Positions 23,173 to 30,627 of a DNA stretch of 64,000 bases are shown here, one piece after another. Source of the DNA: Bifidobacterium breve (lineage in GTDB: Bacteria; Actinomycetota; Actinomycetes; Nanopelagicales; Nanopelagicaceae); the NCBI GenBank assembly GCA_945860245.1, contig CAMAPO010000005.1, forward strand, positions 2,610 through 66,609. The letters run 5' to 3'. The number at the start of each line of letters is the position of its first letter. Position 1 is the stretch's first letter. Below the pieces are notes generated by a model. That model was not told where the DNA came from and did no database searches. It saw only the letters and a list, made by a program, of their open reading frames with translations. Position numbers and translations under genes: made by a program.

Positions 23173-24612
23173 ATGCGTCGCGCGAAGATTGTTTGCACAA
23201 TGGGTCCGGCCGTTGAATCTGTCGAAAAAGTTCGTGAGCTGATTGATGCGGGAATGAATATGGCCCGCCTCAATCTTTCACACGGTGGCTATCCGGAACA
23301 TCAAGCTCGTATAAATCAGGTACGTCTGGCGTCGAAAGAGGCCGGCGTTCCAGTAGCAATTTTGGTCGACCTACAAGGTCCCAAGATTCGTTTAGCGCGT
23401 TTCAAGGCAGGACCGCACGATTTAGTGCGCGGAGAAATCTTCACAATTACGACAGATGATGTTGAAGGAACCAAAGAGCGCGTTGGTACTACCTATAAAG
23501 GTTTACCCGGAGATTGCAAACCGGGCGATCGTATTTTGATCGATGACGGAAAAGTTACCGTTGAAGTTATTGAAGTGAAGGGTAACGATGTTGTAACCAA
23601 GGTTATTGAACCTGGCGCGGTGAGTAACAACAAAGGAATCAACTTACCTGGAGTGGCAGTTTCAGTTCCTGCACTTTCCGAAAAAGATATCGATGATCTT
23701 CGCTGGGGCTTAAAAGCTGGCGCTGATTTCATCGCCCTCTCATTTGTTCGCAGCGCAGATGACATTGTCGACGTACACCGCATAATGGATGAAGTCGGAA
23801 TTCGCATCCCGGTAATCGCCAAGATCGAAAAACCACAAGCGGTCGAAAACTTGCAAGAGATTGTCAACGCCTTTGATGGCATCATGGTGGCGCGCGGTGA
23901 TCTAGGAGTTGAACTGCCAATAGAAGAGGTGCCGTTAGTACAAAAGTATTGCATCCAGTTGGCCCGCGAAGCAGCCAAGCCTGTAATTGTGGCAACTCAG
24001 ATGCTTGATTCTATGATCACAAATTCTCGACCAACTCGCGCCGAAGCCACAGATTGCGCAAATGCTGTTCTAGATGGCGCGGATGCTTTGATGCTGTCAG
24101 GTGAAACTTCAGTGGGCGCATTTGCTATTGAAACGGTACAAACTATGGCGCGCATCATTACCCATACTGAAGAGGGCGGTATGGACATGATCCGCCCAAT
24201 GAAATCAACGCCAAAGACGAAAGGTGGCGCAATCACCAAAGCAGCAGCTGAAGTGGGTGCAATTGTTGGCGCTAAATACTTAGTTACCTTCACTCAATCT
24301 GGTGATTCAGCGCGACGTACCGCACGCTTGCGTTCACCAATTCCGATCTTGGCATTTACCCCTGAAATTGGAACTTATAACCGAATGGCCCTTGATTGGG
24401 GAGTGGAACCTGAGTTAACGCCTATGGTCAAGCACACCGATGAAATGGTTATGCAGGTTGATACTTTTCTACTGAAGTCGAAGCGCTGCAAAGAGGGTGA
24501 GCTAGTTGTAATTGTCGCTGGATCACCTCCTGGGATTCCAGGATCAACCAATGCGATGCGCGTTCACCGCGTGGGAGATGCCGTGGGAGGCGCTGCTCCC
24601 GCCTACCGTTAA
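23173..24612 (+). CDS. pyk: Pyruvate kinase
   Basis: KIVCTMGP, RLNLSHG, DLQGPKIR, IAKIEK, MVARGDLGVE, ATQMLDSM, MLSGETSVG. Confidence 0.98.
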   Translation: MRRAKIVCTMGPAVESVEKVRELIDAGMNMARLNLSHGGYPEHQARINQVRLASKEAGVPVAILVDLQGPKIRLARFKAGPHDLVRGEIFTITTDDVEGTKERVGTTYKGLPGDCKPGDRILIDDGKVTVEVIEVKGNDVVTKVIEPGAVSNNKGINLPGVAVSVPALSEKDIDDLRWGLKAGADFIALSFVRSADDIVDVHRIMDEVGIRIPVIAKIEKPQAVENLQEIVNAFDGIMVARGDLGVELPIEEVPLVQKYCIQLAREAAKPVIVATQMLDSMITNSRPTRAEATDCANAVLDGADALMLSGETSVGAFAIETVQTMARIITHTEEGGMDMIRPMKSTPKTKGGAITKAAAEVGAIVGAKYLVTFTQSGDSARRTARLRSPIPILAFTPEIGTYNRMALDWGVEPELTPMVKHTDEMVMQVDTFLLKSKRCKEGELVVIVAGSPPGIPGSTNAMRVHRVGDAVGGAAPAYR

Positions 24613-24627
24613 GATTCGCAGGCACAG

Positions 24628-24700
24628 GCCTCGGTACTCCAACGGTAGAGAGGGCAGTCTCAAACACTGCATAGTGTCGGTTCGAATCCGACTCGAGGCA
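24628..24700 (+). tRNA. tRNA-Leu(CAA), 73 nt, short variable loop, CCA not encoded
   Basis: Acceptor GCCTCGG/TCGAGGC, D stem CTC/GAG, anticodon stem GCAGT/ACTGC with loop CT-CAA-AC, variable ATAGT, T arm GTCGG-TTCGAAT-CCGAC, discriminator A. Confidence 0.92.
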
Positions 24701-24701
24701 C

Positions 24702-25304
24702 ATGAACTCAACTAGTAACGCGACTACATCTCGTATCAGAATTCTGGTCGCCGAAGATGAAGCGATTATCCGTATGGATCTGGTTGAGATGTTGGGTGAA
24801 GCTGGTTACGAGGTCGTGGCAGAAGCCGCTGATGGCGCACAAGCAATCGAATTAGCACAATTACATAAACCAGATCTGGCAATTCTTGATGTCAAGATGC
24901 CAATACTTGATGGAATATCTGCAGCAGAGAAAATAATTGCAATCGCTCCAGTATTAATGCTGACCGCATTTTCACAACGCGAACTTGTCGAGCGTGCACG
25001 TGATGCCGGAGTAATGGCTTACGTTGTAAAACCTTTTTCAATTGGCGATTTAGTACCAGCAATTGAAATTGCTATTAGCAGACATTTGCAAATGCGCAGC
25101 CTTGCCGATGAAGTTGCCGATCTTCACGAGCGATTAGAGACTCGTAAGCTAATTGATCGCGCAAAAGGAATCTTGATGCAGGCTTTAAATCTCTCCGAAC
25201 CTGAATCCTTTTCTTGGATCCAGCGAGCAGCCATGGACCGCCGAATGACCATGAAAGAGGTCGCCCAAGCGGTGATCTCACCTGATGCCGTACCCGGCCA
25301 TTAG
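24702..25304 (+). CDS. pdtaR: ANTAR-domain response regulator (PdtaR-like)
   Basis: Receiver AEDE..LAILDVKMP..LTAF..VKP; ANTAR LETRKLIDRAKGILM..AMDRRMTM. Confidence 0.9.
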   Translation: MNSTSNATTSRIRILVAEDEAIIRMDLVEMLGEAGYEVVAEAADGAQAIELAQLHKPDLAILDVKMPILDGISAAEKIIAIAPVLMLTAFSQRELVERARDAGVMAYVVKPFSIGDLVPAIEIAISRHLQMRSLADEVADLHERLETRKLIDRAKGILMQALNLSEPESFSWIQRAAMDRRMTMKEVAQAVISPDAVPGH

Positions 25305-25441
25305 GCCAAGAAATACCCCCGAAAGTAATCAAACCTTTATATATCTACGCTCACTTTCAGTTTGATAGATCCTGCGTTGAGCCTTTAGACTTCCAGCCTC
25401 CCTGTCCCGGGACACAAGCTAAAAATACAGGAAGGCAATAC

Positions 25442-26587
25442 ATGAACAAGAAGATTAAAACATCTGCTGCTCTCGTTGCTGCATTCGCGCTTGCATTTGG
25501 CGCATTTGCAACAACTTCTGCATCAGCTGCAACAACAGTCAAGATCGCTTACCAAGGTCCATTAACTGGTCCTGAAGCGCAGACAGGCACTGACTCACTC
25601 CGTGGCGTAAAGCTTGCAATCAAGCTTTACAATGCCAAAAACCCAGCCGTCAAGGTTGAAGTTTTCGAAGGTGACGATCAGGGCGATGATGCACAAGGCG
25701 GAACAGTTGGAGCCGGTATCGCTAATGACGATGCAGTTGTCGGCGTACTAACTGCATACTCAGGTCCAACAATTGCAGCTCTTCCTAGCTACAAGGCAAA
25801 GGGAATTGCGATCGTTTCACCATCTGCAACACGTGCATCACTAACTGATCCAACAAGTACTTCATACGGAGCACCAGTGTTCCACCGCATCGTTTCAAAC
25901 GATGATCTACAAGGACCAGCACTTGCTCGCGTAGCAACAAACGGTGTGAAGGATCCAACAGTATTCGTTGTTGATGATCAGTCTTCATACTCAGTTGGAC
26001 TTACAAAGGCTGTTAAGGCAGCTCTAGGAACTGCATTCCAAGCAGGAGATTCTGCTGCTAAGGGCGCTGTTTCAGACTTCTCAGCAACAATTGCCAAGAT
26101 CAAGAAGGAAAAGGCAAATGTTGTTATCTACACTGGTTACTATGCAGATGGCGCTAAATTCCTTAAGCAACTTCGCGATAAGGGATACAAGGGCGTTTAT
26201 GCAGGTGGCGACGGAGTTCTAAACTCAGAGTTCCCTAAGCTAGCCGGTAAGAAGCAATCAGAAGGTGCACGCCTAACAGCTCCAACAGTTCCTCTCGATG
26301 TAGCATCACCAAAGGTTTATGCTGCATTCAAGAAGGAATTTAAGGCTGAGCCAGGTGTTTACTCAACTGAAGCCTTCGATGCTACAAATATCTTCCTCCA
26401 GGCTATCAAGGCTGGAAAGACAACTCGCGCAGACATTCTTGCCTACTTGAACTCATCTTCATTTAGCTACAAGAACACTGCCGGAATCACAATCAAGTTC
26501 CAACCATCAGGCGATCTCTCAGGCTCAGGCTTGATGAACCAATTCGTCGTAAAGGCTGGAACAATTAAGCTCAACGGCAAGGCGTAA
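25442..26587 (+). CDS. livK: Branched-chain amino acid ABC transporter substrate-binding protein
   Basis: GPLTG, GDDQGD, SPSAT, YTGYY, GGDG motifs; signal peptide; heads a livHMGF cluster. Confidence 0.9.
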   Translation: MNKKIKTSAALVAAFALAFGAFATTSASAATTVKIAYQGPLTGPEAQTGTDSLRGVKLAIKLYNAKNPAVKVEVFEGDDQGDDAQGGTVGAGIANDDAVVGVLTAYSGPTIAALPSYKAKGIAIVSPSATRASLTDPTSTSYGAPVFHRIVSNDDLQGPALARVATNGVKDPTVFVVDDQSSYSVGLTKAVKAALGTAFQAGDSAAKGAVSDFSATIAKIKKEKANVVIYTGYYADGAKFLKQLRDKGYKGVYAGGDGVLNSEFPKLAGKKQSEGARLTAPTVPLDVASPKVYAAFKKEFKAEPGVYSTEAFDATNIFLQAIKAGKTTRADILAYLNSSSFSYKNTAGITIKFQPSGDLSGSGLMNQFVVKAGTIKLNGKA

Positions 26588-26594
26588 TTAAGCA

Positions 26595-26636
26595 AAAATT
26601 CTTGGCCCTGGTCTTAGGATCAGGGCCAAGAATTTT
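26595..26636 (+). terminator. Long hairpin after livK (terminator or mRNA-stabilising stem)
   Basis: AAAATTCTTGGCCCTGGTC-TTAG-GATCAGGGCCAAGAATTTT, 19-bp stem with one G-U pair. Confidence 0.8.
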
Positions 26637-26683
26637 GCATTTCTGGTGTATTTTAAAATAGTAATCAAATATAGGGGGATTAA

Positions 26684-27637
26684 GTGGATTTCTCAGTCCT
26701 TACCGATCAGTTTGCATCGCTTACTTTTGATGGAATTGCTCTTGGGTTTATCTATGTTCTTATCGCCCTCGGTTACACCATGGTCTACGGAGTTCTCAGA
26801 CTAATCAACTTTGCAAATTCTGAGGTTTTTATGCTTGGAAGTTTTGCCACAATTTTGGTATCAACAAAAATCTTTAACTACACAATTGAATCTGATCCGA
26901 TAACCGGATTTAAATTGGTCTATACCCTGCTTGCGATGTTACTAGGCTCGATGATCGTATCTGGATTGGTTAGTGTACTTATTGAAATTGTCGCCTATCG
27001 TCGATTACGTTCACGCACTTCGAACCGACTAACATCACTAATCTCTGCAATCGGTGTTTCTATAGTTCTAACTGAAGGTGTTCGTATAGCCACGAGCTCT
27101 GCGCCGATGGGCTCACCGCGTCTGCTTGATAAAATAACGCTCGTAACAATCTGGGGAGCAGATATTCGTCTGGATACCTTATTAGTAATTGTCTTCGCTA
27201 TTATCTTGCTAATAACACTAGATCTTTTCGTGAACAAGTCGCGCCTTGGAAAGGGTATCCGTGCCGTATCAATGGATTATGACACCTCTCGCTTAATGGG
27301 CATCAATCTTAATAAAGTGATTTCAACTACCTTCTTAATCGGCGGACTTGGCACGGGTGCTGCAGCATTCTTTTATATCACTGTCTATGAGATGACCAGA
27401 TTTAGCATCGGATTTGAACTCGGACTTGCAGCATTTACTGCGGCGGTTCTTGGCGGAATCGGAAATATTCGTGGCGCATTTGCAGGTGGGATCGCACTTG
27501 GCCTAATCGAAATGTACGCCTCTGCGGTATTAGGTACCCAATGGCGCTCGATTACCGCTTTTGTGATTTTGATTTTAGTTCTTCTCTTTAAGCCGAATGG
27601 AATTTTTGGCGAGTCCTTACAGCAGGCGAGGGTATAG
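26684..27637 (+). CDS. livH: BCAA ABC transporter permease
   Basis: ALGYTMVYGVLRLINFA, LGKGIRAVS, AAVLGGIGN. Confidence 0.93.
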   Translation: MDFSVLTDQFASLTFDGIALGFIYVLIALGYTMVYGVLRLINFANSEVFMLGSFATILVSTKIFNYTIESDPITGFKLVYTLLAMLLGSMIVSGLVSVLIEIVAYRRLRSRTSNRLTSLISAIGVSIVLTEGVRIATSSAPMGSPRLLDKITLVTIWGADIRLDTLLVIVFAIILLITLDLFVNKSRLGKGIRAVSMDYDTSRLMGINLNKVISTTFLIGGLGTGAAAFFYITVYEMTRFSIGFELGLAAFTAAVLGGIGNIRGAFAGGIALGLIEMYASAVLGTQWRSITAFVILILVLLFKPNGIFGESLQQARV

Positions 27638-27639
27638 AT

Positions 27640-28665
27640 ATGTCAATTAACTTACGCGATTCGGGCGCAACTCTATGGGCTAATGCCAATAAGTGGCAGC
27701 GTTATTTAATTGCTGGAGCGGTTATTCTCGCTGTATTTGCTTTGCCGTTACTTGAAGGTACATTTCTAAATACACCTTCTACACCCTTCGAGATGGTTCT
27801 TTTCTATCCGATTGGCGTTTATGTCTTAATGGCGCTCGGTTTAAACGTGGTTGTCGGAAAGAGTGGCCTTCTAGATCTTGGCTATGTTGCTTTCTATGCG
27901 GTTGGGGCGTACACCGCAGGAATTTTAAGTATGCATACCAAGTTAAATACCTGGGAAATTCTCCCAATCGGAATTGCCTTAGCAATGCTGTCAGGCTTGG
28001 TTCTTGGTGCAGCAGTCTTGCGCCTTCGTGGTGACTATCTCGCAATCGTGACACTGGGATTTGGAGAGATTATTCGAATCACAGCGTTAAATACCAGCGC
28101 AGTTGGTGGTGCGAATGGAATCACAAATATTCCTAATCCACCAACAACTTTCGGACTCAAGTTCGATCTAGATCATCCTCGCAGCTTTTACTGGATAGTC
28201 TTGATTTTGATAATTCTTACAATTCTTGTTATTCGTGGCCTCTCGGTCCGCCGTCCAGGCCGCGCTTGGGAATCAATTAGACAAGATGAAGATGTCGCAG
28301 AGTTAATGGGTGTCAACACCTACAAGTATAAGCTTTGGGCATTTATTTTCGGAGCATCTGTTGGCGGAGCAGCAGGAGTACTTTTCGCTTCAAAGGCTAT
28401 GTTTATTGCACCAAATATATTTAGCTATAACGTTTCTATTTTGATCTTGGCATTCGTTGTCTTCGGTGGAATGGGTAACATCTGGGGAGTAGTTGTAGGA
28501 GCTGTTCTTCTCTCATATATTCCAGAAAAAATTCGTTTCATCTCGGATGCACGCATGCTGATCTTCGGTTTAGTTCTCATTATTATGATGAACCTTCGAC
28601 CAGATGGCTTACTTCCACGCAAGAAGCGTGAGAAGATCGGTGTCGCGGGGGAGAAATCCAAGTGA
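27640..28665 (+). CDS. livM: BCAA ABC transporter permease
   Basis: GLLDLGYVAFY, LRLRGDYLAIVTLGFGEI, GRAWESIRQDE. Confidence 0.93.
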   Translation: MSINLRDSGATLWANANKWQRYLIAGAVILAVFALPLLEGTFLNTPSTPFEMVLFYPIGVYVLMALGLNVVVGKSGLLDLGYVAFYAVGAYTAGILSMHTKLNTWEILPIGIALAMLSGLVLGAAVLRLRGDYLAIVTLGFGEIIRITALNTSAVGGANGITNIPNPPTTFGLKFDLDHPRSFYWIVLILIILTILVIRGLSVRRPGRAWESIRQDEDVAELMGVNTYKYKLWAFIFGASVGGAAGVLFASKAMFIAPNIFSYNVSILILAFVVFGGMGNIWGVVVGAVLLSYIPEKIRFISDARMLIFGLVLIIMMNLRPDGLLPRKKREKIGVAGEKSK

Positions 28666-29441
28666 GCAATCAGCCGGTATTAGAACTTAAGAATCTAACT
28701 ATGCAATTTGGTGGAGTCAAAGCACTCAACCAAGTTAACCTGCAAGTTAATAGAGGCGAGATTTGCGCTCTTATTGGCCCGAATGGTGCAGGCAAGACTA
28801 CGGTCTTCAACGTAGTTACTGGTGTTTATGTTCCAACTCAAGGTGAGATTCTCTTTAACGGTAAGAGCCTAAAAGGCAAGAATCGCCACAACATCACCAA
28901 GATGGGAATTGCACGTACTTTTCAGAATGTGCGGCTATTTGGTGAAATGACTTCACTCGAGAATGTTCTCACCGCAACAGATGTACATAGTAAGAGTGGG
29001 CTAATTGGTTCGATGTTCACCACTCCACGTTCACGTCGTGAAGAGAGAGCTGGGCGGGAAAAGGCTTACGAAATACTTGAATTCATTGGAATCGATCATC
29101 GTGCAGATCAACTAGCAAAGAATCTTCCATACGGTGATCAGCGCAGACTTGAGATTGCACGCGCTATGGGAACAAGTCCAGAGATCATCTTGCTCGATGA
29201 ACCCGCAGCCGGGTTTAATCCATCTGAAAAGAAAGCACTCGCCGAGTTAATTGTGAAAATTCGTGATCGTGGTTATACCGTTCTGCTAATTGAGCACGAT
29301 ATGTCTTTGATAATGGGAATCTCTGATCGAGTTGCTGTTTTGGACTTTGGCGAGAAGATCGCAGATGATCTTCCGAGCGTTGTACAGAATAATCCGAAGG
29401 TCATTGAAGCGTATTTAGGAGTGCCAGCAGATGCATCTTGA
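28662..29441 (+). CDS. livG: BCAA ABC transporter ATPase
   Basis: GPNGAGKT, ARTFQN, LPYGDQRRLEIARA, VIEAYLG. Confidence 0.95.
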   Translation: MSNQPVLELKNLTMQFGGVKALNQVNLQVNRGEICALIGPNGAGKTTVFNVVTGVYVPTQGEILFNGKSLKGKNRHNITKMGIARTFQNVRLFGEMTSLENVLTATDVHSKSGLIGSMFTTPRSRREERAGREKAYEILEFIGIDHRADQLAKNLPYGDQRRLEIARAMGTSPEIILLDEPAAGFNPSEKKALAELIVKIRDRGYTVLLIEHDMSLIMGISDRVAVLDFGEKIADDLPSVVQNNPKVIEAYLGVPADAS

Positions 29442-30150
29442 GGTAAAAGATTTACGCGTTCATTACGGCAAGATTGAGGCAATTAAGGGAATTTCCTTCT
29501 TTGTTAATCAGGGGGAAATAGTCAGTTTAATTGGTGCTAACGGCGCTGGAAAAACGACAACGCTAAAAACTATCTCTGGACTTCGTAACGTCTCGTCAGG
29601 TCAAATTCTCTTTGATGGTAGAGATATTTCTAAGATCCCTGCACACGAGCGTGTTGATCTTGGAATTTCGCAAGCGCCTGAAGGACGCGGAATATTTCCT
29701 GGTATGACGGTTCTTGAAAATCTTGAGATTGGAAAATTTAACCGTAAAGATCGCAAGAATGAGATGGCAGAAGATCTCGACAAGGTTTACACGCTCTTCC
29801 CGCGACTGAAAGAGCGCCTTGCACAAGCTGGAGGAACACTCTCTGGTGGCGAGCAGCAGATGCTGGCAATTGGTCGCGCACTGATGGCACGGCCAAAACT
29901 GCTTCTGCTTGATGAACCTTCTATGGGTCTAGCTCCACAGATGATTGCAAATATCTTCCGCATTATCACTGAAATTAATAAGCAGGGAGTAACAATTCTT
30001 CTTGTTGAGCAAAATGCGCAGCAAGCGCTACAGCGCGCAGATCGGGCCTATGTGCTTGAAACAGGAAATGTAACTAAGGAAGCTAAGGCTTCTGATTTAT
30101 TAGATGATCCTGATGTCAAGGCCGCCTACCTTGGTACTGGTGCTCACTAA
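29431..30150 (+). CDS. livF: BCAA ABC transporter ATPase
   Basis: GANGAGKT, PEGRGIF, LSGGEQQMLAIGRALM, DEPSMGLAP. Confidence 0.95.
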   Translation: MHLEVKDLRVHYGKIEAIKGISFFVNQGEIVSLIGANGAGKTTTLKTISGLRNVSSGQILFDGRDISKIPAHERVDLGISQAPEGRGIFPGMTVLENLEIGKFNRKDRKNEMAEDLDKVYTLFPRLKERLAQAGGTLSGGEQQMLAIGRALMARPKLLLLDEPSMGLAPQMIANIFRIITEINKQGVTILLVEQNAQQALQRADRAYVLETGNVTKEAKASDLLDDPDVKAAYLGTGAH

Positions 30151-30157
30151 AAGTAGG

Positions 30158-30580
30158 TTATCTTTCCGAAAGAATTAGACAAGTAATTCTGGCAGTGCAA
30201 GTTCTCTGACCTTGTTCATTGGTAATCACGATTTCATAGCAACACATCGTCTTGCCTAAGGAAATAGCAGTTGCAACTCCAGTTACAAAACCTGTTGTCG
30301 CCGATTTATGATGCGTTGCATTGATATCGACCCCAACTATTTTTCGGTTTGGACCGGCGTGAAGTTGTGTTCCAACAGAGCCTAAAGACTCGGCAAGAAC
30401 AACGCTGGCACCGCCGTGTAGTAATCCGATTGGTTGGGTATTTCCCTCGACAGGCATGCGGCCTACGAGTCGTTCAGGGGAAGCTTCCAAAATTTCGATA
30501 CCCATCTTTTTATCGAGGGCGCCGCTTCCGCGTTCGCGAATCAACTCTAAATAATTTGGGGTATTTTCTGGCTGCGTCAT
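30158..30580 (-). CDS. Hotdog-fold thioesterase (PaaI/YdiI family)
   Basis: NTQPIGLLHGGASVVLAES, GVDINATHH. Confidence 0.9.
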   Translation of the reverse strand: MTQPENTPNYLELIRERGSGALDKKMGIEILEASPERLVGRMPVEGNTQPIGLLHGGASVVLAESLGSVGTQLHAGPNRKIVGVDINATHHKSATTGFVTGVATAISLGKTMCCYEIVITNEQGQRTCTARITCLILSER

Positions 30581-30627
30581 AGTTCGAAATAGTAACTTGT
30601 TAACGAGTACTTCTCTAGGATGACGCC

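Noticed and set aside
24449-24715. ORFs overlapping the tRNA; tRNA as an integration site
   Set aside because: The region is a + strand tRNA; no duplicated tRNA 3' end or integrase in the window
25328-25366. ATCAAAC...GTTTGAT inverted repeat after pdtaR
   Set aside because: 7-bp AT-rich arms with a 25-nt spacer; too weak for a terminator and plausible by chance
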